A stretch of 64,000 nucleotides of DNA from Anaeramoeba ignava BMAN (taxonomy: Eukaryota > Protista > Anaeramoebae). This document shows positions 12,514-25,400 of this stretch, piece by piece. Positions within the stretch are counted from its first letter, which is position 1. Every line of letters starts with the position of its first letter. The translations under genes were made by a program, and so were the position numbers. The notes under the pieces were generated by a model. The model was not told the origin of the DNA. It saw only the letters and a program-made list of their open reading frames with translations, and did no database searches. The DNA lies in the NCBI GenBank assembly GCA_028826165.1, contig JAPDFW010000068.1:310001-374000 (forward strand), in the 5' to 3' direction.

Positions 12514-12524
12514 AAAAAAACCAA

Positions 12525-12725
12525 AATTTGGAATTTGGAATTTTGATTTGAATTTGGAATTTGATTTGGAATTTGAATTTGGAATTTGGAATTTGATTTG
12601 GAATTTGATTTGATTTGAATTTGAAATTTGAATTTGAATTTGGAATTTGGAATTTGGAATTTTGAATTTGGAATTTGGAATTTGATTTGAATTTGGAATT
12701 TGAATTTGGAATTTGAATTTGATTT
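12525..12725. repeat. (G)GAATTT / GATTT simple repeat between convergent genes
   Basis: Directly visible. Confidence 0.8.
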
Positions 12726-12731
12726 TCATTT

Positions 12732-15700
12732 TTATTTTAACTTTTTTAAAAATAAATCAATTATTGAATTTTGATTTAATTGATAAAAATCTTTTAAATC
12801 TTTAAATTCTTCAATATTATAATTTTGATTATTATTTTGATGATTATTTCCTTTTCTTTCTTTATAAAATTTATCATGATAAAGAAAATAAATTAATTGT
12901 TGAATTGTTTCAAATGATTTTCTTGAATAATCATGAACTTGATTTGAAGAATCTTGAACACTTAAAAACATTCCTTTGAATAATTCACTTCTTATTATCA
13001 ATATTAATTTATGAACTTTGATTTCTTTTTCTGAAGCAATTATTGTAAAATCTTTTGTTGTTTCTTCTTCATATAATTTTGTTAAATCTTTTATTATTCC
13101 TTTTCTTCCTTTTTTTTGTTTTATCCAATTTGATTCAAATTCCAATTTCTTTCAAAAATTCTGTAATTTTATTTTCTTTTTGTTTAAAATCTTTGAAAAA
13201 CATATTTTCTTCTTGATTTTGGGAATTTTGTTTTATTCCCCAAAAAAGATTAATTCGATTTGATGAATTTTGATTTTTTTGATTTTGTGTTTCATTTAAT
13301 TTATTAATTAATTCTTGAAAATTTGGAAATCCTGTATAAAGGAAATTTAGAACAATTTCAACTTCTCTTTTGGGTTTTAATTTGCAAATATTAATAAATT
13401 TTTGGAAAATTGTTTTATCATTATTGAATCGTGTTAAAAGAATTAATTTATGAATAGATATTTTAGAGAAATCACTTGTTTGAATTTGATAATCTGAAAA
13501 ATTATCATTTGAATTTAATAATTTGTTCATATCTTCATTAATTGAATAAATTTGTGTAAATATTTCAATAAATTGTTTGGAAATTTGTTCTTTATTTAAT
13601 TCATAAAAATCAACTTCATTTATTAATAATAATTCAATTAATTTTTGATTTTTTTTTGTAATAGATATTGAAAGTGCTGTTTCATTATAATCTGTTTTTG
13701 CATTGATATCAATCCCTTTTTTAATAAGATATTTAATAATTTCAATAGATGAGTTGTATTGAAAAGCAAGATGAAAAATTGTTTGATTTTGATTTGTTTT
13801 TGCATTAATATCAACTCCTTTTGAAATGAGATATTTGATAATTTCATTTGATAAATTATATTGAAAAGCATGATGTAAAATTGTTTCATTTTGATTTGTT
13901 TTTGCATTAACATCAGCTCCTTTGGAAACAAGAAATTTGATAATTTCAAATGTTGAATTTTGATTTCGACAAGCATAATGTAAAATTGTTCGATTATCAT
14001 TTGTTTTGGAATTAATATCAATTCCTTTGGAAATAAAATATTCAATAATTTCAAATGATGGTTTGAATTGAAAAACACAATTTAAAGCTGTTTCATTTTG
14101 ATTTGTTTTGGAATTAATATCAATTCCTTTGGAAACAAAATATTTAATAACTTCAAGTTGTGGATTAAATTGACAAGCTAAATGTAAAAACGTTTCATTA
14201 TTATTTGTTTTGGAATTAATATCAATTCCTTTGGAAACGAAATATTCAATAATTTCAAGTGTTGAATTATTTCTACAAAAAAAATGTAAAGCTGTTTCAT
14301 TATTATTTGTTTTTGAATTAATATCAATCCCTTTGGAAACAAAGTATTTGATAATTTCAAGTTGTGGATTATATTGGCAAACTAAATGTAATGCTGTTTC
14401 TCCATAAATTGTTTTTACATTAATATCAATCCCTTTGGAAACAAGATATTCAATAATTTCAAATTGTGGTTTATAATGGCAAACACAAAGTAAAGCTGTT
14501 TCATTTCGATTTGTTTTTGCATTAATATCAACTCCTTTGGAAACTAAATATTTGATAACTTCAAGTTGTGGATTGAATTGACAAGCTAAATGTAATACTG
14601 TTTCATTCCGATAAGTTTTGATGTTAATATCAATTCCTTTGGAAATAAGATATTTGATAATTTCAATTGATGAATTATTTCGACAAGCAATATGTAAAAT
14701 TGTTTCATTTTGATTTGTTTTGGAATCAACATCAAATCCATTTTCAATAAAATATTTGATAACTTCAAATGATGGATTTGTTTGTAAAACAATATGTAAG
14801 GCTGTTTCATTTTCATCTGTTTTGGCATTAATATCAATTCCATTTGAAACTAAACATTTAATAATTTCAAGTGATGGAATAAATTCGCAAACATAATGTA
14901 AAACTGTTTCATTATTATTTGTTTTGGAATTAATATCAATTCCTTTGGAAATCAAATATTCAATAATTTCAAGTGATGGATTATATCGAAAAACATAATG
15001 TAAAGCTGTTTCATTGTTGTTTGTTTTGGAATTAATATCAATCCCCTTGGAAATCAAATATTTAATAACTTCAAGTGATGGATTATATTGGCAAGCATAA
15101 TGTAAAACTGTTTCATTTTCATTTGTTTTTGAATTAATATCAACTCCTTTGGAAATTAAATATTTAGCAACTTCAAATGTATTATTTTGTAAAGCAAAAT
15201 GTAAAGTTGTTTCATTTTGAAATGTTTTTGTATTAACATCAGCTCCATTTTCAACTAAATATTCAATAATTTCAAATGTTGATCTAGTTTGTAATGCAAT
15301 ATGTAAAGCTGTATAATTTTGGTTTGATTTTGTGTTAATATCAATCCCATTTTCAATTAATATTTCAATAATTTCAAATGGTAAATTATATTGAAATGCA
15401 ATATGTAAAGCTGTTTCATTTTCATTATTTTTTGCATTAATATCAACTCCTTTGTAAATTAAATATTCAATAATTTTAACTGTTGGTTTGCTTCTGCAAG
15501 CATAATGTAAAACTGTTTCATTATTATTTGTTTTTATATTAATATTAATTCCTTTGGAAATTAAATATTCAATAATTTCAAGTTTTGGATTATTTATGCA
15601 AGCAATATGTAAAACTGTTTCATTTTGATTTGTTTTTATATTAATATCAATTCCTTTGGAAATTAAATATTCAATAATTTCAAGTTTTGGATTGTTTCTA

Positions 15701-17754
15701 CAAGCAACATGTAAAACTGTTTCATTTTGATTTGTTTTTATATTAATATCAATTCCTTTGGAAATTAAATATTCAATAATTTCAAGTTTTGGATTGTTTC
15801 TACAAACATAATGTAAAACTGTTTCATTATTATTTGTTTTTGTATTAATTTCAATTCCTTTGGAAATTAAATATTCAATAATTTCAATTTTTGGGTTATT
15901 TTGGCAAATAAAATGTAAAGTTGTTTCATTATTATTTGTTTTTATATTAATATCAATTCCTTTGGAAATTAAATATTCAATAATTTCTAAATTTGGGTTA
16001 TTTTGGCAAATAAAATGTAAAACTGTTTCATTATAATTTGTTTTTATATTAATATCAATTCCTTTAGAAATTAAATATTCAATAACTTCAATTTTTGGAT
16101 TGTTTCTAAAAACATAATGTAAAGCTGTTTCATTATTATTTGTTTTTGTATTAATATTAATTCCTTTAGAAATTAAATATTTAATAATTTCAAGTTTTGG
16201 ATTATTTCTACAAACATTATGTAAAATTGTTTCATTATTAGTTGTTTTTGTATTAATATCAATTCCTTTGGAAATTAAATATTCAATAATTTCAAGTTTT
16301 GGATTATTTTGGCAAATAAAATGTAAAGCTGTTTGATTATAATTTGTTTTTGAATTAATATCAATTCCTTTGGAAATTAAATATTCAATAATTTCTAAAT
16401 TTGGGTTATTTTGACAAATAAAATGTAAAATTGTTTCATTATAATTTGTTTTTGAATTAATATCAATTCCTTTGGAAATTAAATATTTAATTATTTCTAA
16501 ATTTAGATTATTTTGGCAAAGATAATGTAAAATTGTTTCATTTTGATTTGTTTTTGTATTAATATTAATTCCTTTGGAAATTAAATATTCAATTATTTCA
16601 AGTTTTGGATTATTTTGGCAAATAAAATGTAAAATTGTTTCATTATTAATGGTTTTTGTATTAATATCAATTCCTTTGGAAATTAAATATTTAATAACTT
16701 GAATTGAATTATGTTTACAAGCAAAATGTAAAATTGTTTCATTTTGAACTGTTTTTGAATTAATATCAATTCCTTTGGAAATTAAATATTCAATAACTTG
16801 AATTGAATTTTTTTGACAAGCATAATGTAAAATTGTTTCATTATTATTTGTTTTTAAATTTATATCAATTCCTTTGGAAATTAAGTATTCAATAATTTGA
16901 ATTGAATTACATTTACAAGCATAATGTAAAACTGTTTCATAATAAACTGTTTTTGAATTAATATTAATTCCTTTGGAAATTAAGTATTCAATAACTTGAA
17001 TTGAATTGTGTTTACAAGCATAATGTAAAACTGTTTGATTATAATCTGTTTTTGAATTAATATCAATTCCTTTGGAAATTAAGTATTCAATAACTTGAAT
17101 TGAATTGTATTTACAAGCATAATGTAAAACTGTTTCATTTTCATCTGTTTTTGAATTAATATCAATTCCTTTGGAAATTAAATATTCAATAATTTGAATT
17201 GAATTTTTTTGACAAGCAAAATGTAAAACTGTTTCATTTATAACTGTTTTTGAATTTATATCAATTCCTTTGGAAATTAAGTATTCAATAATTTGAATTG
17301 AATTGTATTTACAAGCAAAATGTAAAATTGTTTCATTTCTATTTGTTTTTGAATTAATATCAATTCCTTTGGAAATTAAATATTCAATAATTTGAATTAA
17401 TTGATCTTTTTTTAAGTAAATAAATGAATAATGAAGAATTGTTTTTCCTTTTTTATCTTTTGAATTAATATCAATTCCTTTGGAAATTAAATATTCAATA
17501 ATTTCTAAATTTGGATTATTTAAAAATGAAATGTGTAATAAATTTCTTCCTTTTTTATCTTTTAAATTAATATTATCAATTCCTTTTGAAATTAATAATT
17601 CAATTATTTCTTTTGAAATTTGTTTTTTTATTGAAAATTTTAAAATTGATTTTTTTTGATCATTTTCTTTTAATTGTTTTTGTGTAATGGATTCAATTTG
17701 TTTCAATAATTCTTTATTATTTTTATTATTCTCAATAATTTCCCAAATATTCAT
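12732..17754 (-). CDS. Giant ankyrin-repeat (39 repeats) protein with two C-terminal BTB domains; one apparent +1 frameshift at ~13138
   Basis: ORF 13135-17754 (NETxLHxAC...IIEYLISKGIDIN repeats) continues into ORF 12732-13145 (DFTI...IKVHKLILIIRSELFKGMF). The paralog reads EIGIELNWIKQKKG; removing one T from GGA ATT TGA restores EIGIESNWIKQKKG. Confidence 0.88.
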
Positions 17755-17819
17755 TTTAAAAAAATAAAAATGAAAAATGAAAAATGAAAAATGAAAAATG
17801 AAAAATGAAAAATGAAAAA
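17755..17819 (-). promoter_or_regulatory. 65-bp intergenic spacer made almost entirely of (TTTTTCA)x7, Inr-like
   Basis: TGAAAAA repeated at 17771-17819, between the stop of one ankyrin gene and the ATG of the next. Confidence 0.5.
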
Positions 17820-20800
17820 TTAAAAATCTTTAGTTTGATGAAATAAAATTAAATCAATTATTGAATTTGGATTTAATTGATAATAATCTTTTACATCTTC
17901 AAGTTCTTGAATAATAATTTCTTCATTAATTTTATCTTCTTCTAAATCATCATGATAAAAAAAATAAATTAATTGTTGAATTGTTTCAAATGATTTTCTT
18001 GAATAATCATGAACTTGGTTTGAAGAATCTTGAACATTTAATTCAAACATTCCTTTGAATAATTCACTTCTTATTATCAATATTAATTTATGAACTTTGA
18101 TTTCTTTTTCTGAAACAATTATTGTAAAATCTTTTGTTATTTCTTCTTCATATAATTTTGTTAAATCTTTTAATATTCCTTTTCTTCCTTTTTTCTGTTT
18201 TATCCAATTCAATTCAATTCCAATTTCTTTCAAAAATTCTGTAATTTTATTTTCTTTTTCATTTAATTCATTTTGTTCTTGTTTTTGTTCTTCTTGTTTT
18301 TTTTCATTTGGGAATTGAATTTCATTTAAATTTAAATTTAATTTGTTTTGAAGTTCTTGAAAATCTGGAAATCCTGTATAAAGAAAGTTTAAAATAATTT
18401 CAACTTCTTTTTTTGGTTTTAATTTGCAAATATTGATAAATTTTTGGAACATGATTCGATCGTTATCAAATCTTCTTAATAAAATTAATTTATTAACATT
18501 AAATACAAAAGAATCTTTGCTTATAATTTGGAAATCTGAAAAAACTCCATTTAAATTTAATTTTAAAAAATTATTCATATCTTCATTAATTGAATAAATT
18601 TGTGTAAATATTTCAATAAATTCTTTCATTATTTCTTCATCTTCTTCTTCTAAATCAAAAATATTTACATCATTCATTAATAATAATTGTGTTGCTTTTT
18701 GATTTTGATTTTGAATTGATATTGAAAGTGGTGTTTCATTTTTACTTGTTTTTGCATTAATATCAACTCCTTTCGATATTAAATATTTGATAACTTTGAT
18801 TGAATTATTTTGATTTTCACAAGCAAAATGTAGTGCTGTTTCATTCCAATATGTTTTAGCATTAATATCAATTCCTTTGGATATTAAATATTTGATAACT
18901 TCAAATGAATTACATTGACATGCAATATGTAATGCTGTTTCATTTTCATTGGTTTTCGCATTAATATTGATTCCTTGTGATATTAAATACTTGATAACTT
19001 GTAATGAATTGTTTTTACATGCAATGTGTAATGCTGTTTGATCTTCATCAGTTTTACAATTAATATCAATTCCTTTTTCAATTAAATATCTGATAACTTT
19101 GATTGAATTCTTTTGGCATGCAAAGTGTAATGCTGTTTGATTTTCATTGGTTTTGGCATTTAAATCAATTCCTTTTTCAATCAAATATTTGATAACTTTG
19201 ATTGAATTCTTTTGACATGCAATATGTAATGCTGTTTCATTTTGGTTGGTTTTAGCATTAATATCAATTCCTTGTGATATTAAATACTTGATAACTTCAA
19301 ATGAATTATTTTGGCATGCAAAGTGTAATGCTGTTTCATTTTCATTGGTTTTGGCATTAATATCAATTTTTTGTGATATTAAATATTGAATAACTTCAAG
19401 TGAATTTTTTTGACTTGCAATATGTAAAACTGTTTCATTTTTATTGGTTTTAGCATTCATATCAATTCCTTGTGATATTAGATATTTGATAACTTCAACT
19501 GAATTATTGAATAAGCAAACAAAATGTAATGCTGTTTCATTTTTATTGGTTTTTGCGTTAATATCAATTCCTTGTGATATTAGATATTTGATAATTTCAA
19601 GTGAATTAAATCTACATGCAAAATGTAATGCTGTTTGATTTTCTATTGTTTTAGCATTTATATCAACTCCTTTTGATATTAAATATTTGATAAATTCAAT
19701 AGAGTTATTTTGACATGCTAAATGTAATATTGTTTGATTTCTGTTCGTTTTGCAATTAATATCAAGTCCTTTGGAAATTAAATAATCAATAACTTGAATT
19801 GAATTGTTTTTTGATGCAAAATGTAAAACTGTTTCATTTCTATTGGTTTTGCAATTAATATCAAGTCCTTTGGAAATTAAATAATCGATAACTTCAACTG
19901 TATTGCTTTGACATGCATAATGTAAAAGTGTTTCATTTTGACTTGTTTTTTGATTAATATCAAGTCCTTTGGAAATTAAATAATCAATAACTTCAACTGT
20001 ATTGTGTTTACATGCAATATGAAGTGTTGTTTCGTTCCAATAGGTTTTTGCATTTATATCAATTTCTTTTGAAAATAAATATTTGATAACATCAACTGAA
20101 TTTTTTTCACTTGCAAAATGTAAAACTGTTTGATTGAAATTTGTTTTTTCGTTGATATATAATCCTTTGGAAATTAAATATTCAATAACTTCAACTGAAT
20201 TGTTTTGACATGCAAAATGAAGAATTGTTTCGTTTCTATTGGTTTTTGCATTGATATCTAATTTTTGTGATATTAGATATTGAATAACTTCAAGTGAATT
20301 TTTCTGACATGCAACATGTAATGCTGTTTTATTCCAAAATTTTGTTTTGGCATTAATATCAACTCCTTTGGAAATCAAATATTGAATAACTTCAACTGAA
20401 TTATTTTGACATGCAAAATGTAATGATGTTTCATTTTGATTTGTTTTGCAATTAATATTAGCTTCTTTAGAAATTAGATATTTGATAACATCAACTGAGT
20501 TTTTCTGACATGCAACATGTAATGGTGTTTTGTTTTGATTTGTTTTAGAATTAATATCAATTCCTTTAGAAACCAAATATTTGATAACTTGAATTGAATT
20601 TTTTTGACATGCAAAATGTAAAATTGTTTCATTGAATTTTGTTTTAGAATTAATATCAATTCTTTGTGAAATTAAATATTTGATAACTTGAATTGAATTA
20701 CTTTGACATGCAAAATGTAATACCGTTTCATTTTGATTTGTTTTTGCATTAATATCTAATCCTTGTGAAATTAGGAATTTGATAGTTTTAAGTGAGTTTT

Positions 20801-22346
20801 TCTGGCATGCTAAATGTAATCCTGTTTCATTTTTAATTGTTTTGGCATTAATATCAATTCCTTTAGAAATCAAATACTTGATAACTTGAATTGAATTTTT
20901 TTGACATGCAAAATGAAATGGAGTTCTACTTGTTTTTGTTTTAGAATTGATATCAATTCCTTTAGAAAGTAAATATTCAATAATTTTACATGAATTTTTT
21001 TGTGAAACAAAATGTAATGCTGTTTCATTTTCATTTGTTCTCGCATTAATATCAATTCCTTTTGAGATTAAGTATTCAATAATTTCAAGTGAATTATTTT
21101 GACATGCAAAATGTAATATTGTTTCATTTTGGCTTGTTTTTGAATTTAAATCAGCACCTTTGGAAACTAAATATTTGATAACTTTGATATTATTTTTTTG
21201 ACAAGCAAAATGTAAAGGAGTTCTATTGTTTTTGGTTTTAGAATCTATATCAATTCCTTGTGAGACTAAGTATTCTATAACATCAAGTGAATTATCTTGA
21301 CATGCGAAATGTAATACTGTTTTGTTTTCATCTGTATTTGCGTTTAAATCAATTCCTTTTGAAATTAAGTATTCTATAACATCAAGTGAATTATTTTGGC
21401 ATGCATAATGTAAAACTGTTTTGTTTTGATTTGTTTTGGCATTTAAATCAACTCCTTTGGAAATTAAATATTTGATAACTTGAAGTGAATTACTTTGACA
21501 TGCGTAATGTAAAACTGTTTCATTTTGATTTGTTTTTGCATTTAAATCAACTCCTTTGGAAACTAAATATTGAATCATTTCGATTGATTTTTTTTGGCAA
21601 GCAAAATGTAAAATTGATTGATTTTGAGTTGTTTTTGCATTTATATCAATTCCTTTTGAAATTAGGTATTTAATAACTTCAAATGAACTATTTTTTTGAC
21701 AAGCAAAATGTAAAGCTGTTTTATTTTGTTTTGCTTTTGAATTGAAATTAACTCCTTTGGAAATTAAAAATTTAACAAATTCAATTTGAAAATTTTTGAT
21801 AATTGCAATATGTAAACAATTTCTTCTTAATTTATCAACTGAATTTATTTTAGCTCCTTTTTCAATTAATTTTTCAATCATTTCTTTTGAAACTTTTTTT
21901 TCTATTGCAAAATTTAAAATTGGTTTATTTTGTTTTTCAAAATCTTTTTCTGAAATTGTTTTAATTTGGTTTAATAAATTTAAGTTATTTTGTTTAATAA
22001 TTTTAGATATTAAGAAATTATTTTCATTTAAATTTAAATTTGTATTTAAATTTGTATTTGTATTTAAATTTGTATTTAAATTTTCATTTGTATTTGTATT
22101 TGTATTTGAATTTTCATTTGAATTTAAATTTAAATTTGTATTTATATTTGTATTTAAATTTGTATTTTCATTTAAATTTGAATTTGTATTTGTATTTGAA
22201 TTTGTATTTAAATTTGAATTTAAATTTGTATTTGTATTTGAATTTGTATTTGAATTTGAATTTGTATTTATATTTGAATTTATATTTGTATTTGAATTTT
22301 CATTTGAATTTAAATTTGTATTTGCAAGATTATTTGAAATATTCAT
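17820..22346 (-). CDS. Giant ankyrin-repeat (32 repeats) protein with N/T-rich N-terminus and two C-terminal BTB domains; tandem paralog of 12732-17754
   Basis: Intact 1508-aa ORF. Its C-terminus is closely similar to the neighbour (FIEIFTQIYSINEDMN, KENKITEFLKEIGI, VHDYSRKSFETIQQLIY). Confidence 0.92.
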   Translation of the reverse strand: MNISNNLANTNLNSNENSNTNINSNINTNSNSNTNSNTNTNLNSNLNTNSNTNTNSNLNENTNLNTNINTNLNLNSNENSNTNTNTNENLNTNLNTNTNLNTNLNLNENNFLISKIIKQNNLNLLNQIKTISEKDFEKQNKPILNFAIEKKVSKEMIEKLIEKGAKINSVDKLRRNCLHIAIIKNFQIEFVKFLISKGVNFNSKAKQNKTALHFACQKNSSFEVIKYLISKGIDINAKTTQNQSILHFACQKKSIEMIQYLVSKGVDLNAKTNQNETVLHYACQSNSLQVIKYLISKGVDLNAKTNQNKTVLHYACQNNSLDVIEYLISKGIDLNANTDENKTVLHFACQDNSLDVIEYLVSQGIDIDSKTKNNRTPLHFACQKNNIKVIKYLVSKGADLNSKTSQNETILHFACQNNSLEIIEYLISKGIDINARTNENETALHFVSQKNSCKIIEYLLSKGIDINSKTKTSRTPFHFACQKNSIQVIKYLISKGIDINAKTIKNETGLHLACQKNSLKTIKFLISQGLDINAKTNQNETVLHFACQSNSIQVIKYLISQRIDINSKTKFNETILHFACQKNSIQVIKYLVSKGIDINSKTNQNKTPLHVACQKNSVDVIKYLISKEANINCKTNQNETSLHFACQNNSVEVIQYLISKGVDINAKTKFWNKTALHVACQKNSLEVIQYLISQKLDINAKTNRNETILHFACQNNSVEVIEYLISKGLYINEKTNFNQTVLHFASEKNSVDVIKYLFSKEIDINAKTYWNETTLHIACKHNTVEVIDYLISKGLDINQKTSQNETLLHYACQSNTVEVIDYLISKGLDINCKTNRNETVLHFASKNNSIQVIDYLISKGLDINCKTNRNQTILHLACQNNSIEFIKYLISKGVDINAKTIENQTALHFACRFNSLEIIKYLISQGIDINAKTNKNETALHFVCLFNNSVEVIKYLISQGIDMNAKTNKNETVLHIASQKNSLEVIQYLISQKIDINAKTNENETALHFACQNNSFEVIKYLISQGIDINAKTNQNETALHIACQKNSIKVIKYLIEKGIDLNAKTNENQTALHFACQKNSIKVIRYLIEKGIDINCKTDEDQTALHIACKNNSLQVIKYLISQGININAKTNENETALHIACQCNSFEVIKYLISKGIDINAKTYWNETALHFACENQNNSIKVIKYLISKGVDINAKTSKNETPLSISIQNQNQKATQLLLMNDVNIFDLEEEDEEIMKEFIEIFTQIYSINEDMNNFLKLNLNGVFSDFQIISKDSFVFNVNKLILLRRFDNDRIMFQKFINICKLKPKKEVEIILNFLYTGFPDFQELQNKLNLNLNEIQFPNEKKQEEQKQEQNELNEKENKITEFLKEIGIELNWIKQKKGRKGILKDLTKLYEEEITKDFTIIVSEKEIKVHKLILIIRSELFKGMFELNVQDSSNQVHDYSRKSFETIQQLIYFFYHDDLEEDKINEEIIIQELEDVKDYYQLNPNSIIDLILFHQTKDF

Positions 22347-22432
22347 TTATTATTAAGAAAAAGAAAAAAATGAAAAAAATGAAAAAAATTTTTTTTTTAA
22401 ATTATTTAATTAATTTTTTTTTAATTAATTAT

Positions 22433-25400
22433 TTAATTATTATAATTTGAAAATCGAGAAAAATCTTGATAATTTGGATTATTTTCTGGATTATCTAAAT
22501 CTCGATATTTTCTTTGTGAATTTTGATATGAAATTTCTTGTTTATATCTTGGATTTGGTTTTCCTCTAAAATTCCCTCTTCTAACAAATTCTTGATTTTG
22601 TTTTTGTTGATTTAAAATTGAATTTGAATTTGTATTTGTATTTGTATTTTGTTGTTGATTTTGATTTTGATTATTATGATGATGATGGCGATGATGATGA
22701 TGATGAGATGTTGAAGAAGAATCTGTTGTATATTTTCTTTCAAATCCTCTTGATCTTGGAATTTGTTGTTTTTGTGAATTATTCCATTCATTATTAATAT
22801 TAGTATTATTATTATTATTAGTATTAGTATTATTATATTGATTTCTTCTATCAATTTGTTGATTATTCAAAAATATATTATTTTGTGGTATTCTTGCAAA
22901 ATTTTGTGTTTGTAATGTTTGTTGTTTTGGAATTAAAATTTGTTGTTGTGGTTGTTGTAATTGTAATTGTGATTGTAATTGTAATTGTAATTGTGGTTGT
23001 GGTGTTGTTAATATTTGTCTTGGTATAATTGATGGAATTGCTCCATGTATTGGTGGTAATTGTTGTAATGGTATTTGTGATCTTAAAGATGGTATTATTG
23101 GATTTTGAGGTGTGAATATTGTTTGTCTTCCAATTCCTGTTATTTCTGGTATTTCAATATTATTTCCATATCTTCCAATACTTTCATTTCTTGTATTTTC
23201 TTTATCTCTTCTTATATTTTCTCTTGCTCGTTTTTGTGTTTCATATTTTTGTGTTTCTTCTTCATTTCTTCCTTTTGGAATTGTTTCATTTTTTAAGTTT
23301 CTTTTTCTTGTTTGTTTGGGTTGTGTTGATTCTTGATATTTTCTTTTTGAAATATTTTACAAGTTCTTCTAATTCTGTAAAAACTTTATCAAATATTTGG
23401 AATCCATTTGGTGAAATTGAAATATATACTTTTTTCACTGTTGTGTTTGGAAGAAAACAAAATTCAAATTTTCCTCCATATTTCTTTGAATTCACAATAA
23501 AATATGGTATTCTTTTGGGATTGTTTTCTTTTTCTTTTTTCAATTCTTTTTCAATTTCTTCTTCATCTTCAATATTTTTAAATGAATTAAATTCAAGCAT
23601 ATCATCAACATAACTACTTATTGTTTCAACAAATCCTGCTTTGATTTCATCTAAATCATCATATTTCTGGTTTCTAATAATCAAAACTTTTCCAATAACA
23701 AATGGATTTGCTTTATCTTCTTCAATAACATCTTCATGTAATATAATTTCATCATTAAATTTCCAAGAAAGTGTAAGATGATTAATTCCTTTGGAACTTG
23801 GTCTGAAAATTAATGAATCTCTTGGTTTATCTTTAAGAAAACTTTCTGCTTGTTGATATGTTATGTTTTTGAAATATGGATGAACTATTGCTCTTGGTTG
23901 ATATATTCTTTTATCTTCTTGTACTTTTAATTTCTCTTCAATCATTTTTTCTTCTTTGTTTCTATCAAAATATTCTTCAGTTATTCCCATCATCATATTT
24001 TCTTTAGATTCAACTTCTTCTTTTTTACTTGTTAATTCAATCAAAAATCTATCTTCTTTAATACTCATTACTTTACATATTAATACTTCTCCAACTTTGA
24101 TAATTTTATCAAGTTCAATATCTTCTTTTCTTCTTCTTTCTCTTCTGTTATCTTCCTTATCTTTATCTTTATCTTTATCTTCTTCTTTTTTTTCTATTGT
24201 TAAATTTCTTTTATGAATAAATCCAGTTAATCCATTTGTAAGTCTGCAATAAATTCCTTTTTCATTTATAATTTTGAAAACTGTTGCTTCAACTAAACAT
24301 CCTTCTTTTAAAGTTTCTTCAGTTTCTCCTGAAAGTAAATAAAATAATTCTTTGGGTGTTAAATCTCGATATTTGAATCTTGGATCTGCAAATGGGTTAC
24401 TAAGTTCATTTTTGATTAATTTGATTGTTTCCATTTTTTCGACTTCCCATACATTTTCTTCAACAAGTTTTTTAGCAAATGTTTCTAAATCTAATTTATT
24501 GAGTATTTCTGGATGATCCATAATAAATCTAGTTTTTTTACGAATTTCTTTTTCTTCATTTGTAATTGTTTTTTTTCTTCTTTCAATGTTTTCTTCATAA
24601 TTTTCTTCATAATCATAATCATCTCCAAATCTTCTAACAACCATTTCATCTTCATTTTCTTCATTTTCATCTTCATCTTCATAATCATCTATTGTTCCAA
24701 TATCATTTCTATTTGTTTCTCTTTCTTTCATTGCAATATCATAACATTCATCACATATTTTCTTAGCAAGTGTATAATTTTCTGGATGTATTCTTGTTTT
24801 ATCTAATGGTTCTGAACTATTTTTGAATCGAATAAATCCTGAACAATTTCGAAATACATTTTCTGGAAACAATTTCTGTTTCATAAAAACTTTCTCTTGA
24901 ATTGATATATTTTTTGTTTGCAATTTGTCTTATTATATATTGTGATTTTCTTACTCCCAATCCTGGAATAAATGGTAATATATTCGCTATTTGTGGTTGT
25001 TCTTGTATTTTATCAATATCTATTCCTACTTGGCTTACAACATCTACAATTTTCCATATTAGAATTTGTTTTAATTCTTTTTGGAATGAAATGTTTAAGT
25101 GGATGTAATGGTAGATAAACTGCATTGTTTACTGTTTTGTAAACAAGTCCTGATATTTCAAGAATTGGATTTTGTAATCTTCTTGCTAAACTAATTGAAT
25201 GTCGAATTACAACATTTTTTGTTGGGAATTCTTCTTCGGATTTTTTACTATTGCTATAAATTTGTGCAACATCAGATTCAATAAATGTAACTTGAATATC
25301 TTTTTTGATTTTGGTTTTGATAAGTACTAAAATATCATCATATATTTTACGACAAATTAATGAATTTGTTCCAATAACAATAACATGTGGTTTGCATTCT

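Noticed and set aside
12525-12725. Telomere-like repeat (GGAATTT)
   Set aside because: It is short, degenerate, internal and not a TTAGGG-type unit; it fits ordinary 3' intergenic simple sequence.
13135-13137. TGA read-through, selenocysteine or alternative genetic code
   Set aside because: The downstream homology is in another frame, Trp is encoded by TGG throughout, and genes end in ordinary TAA/TAG stops.
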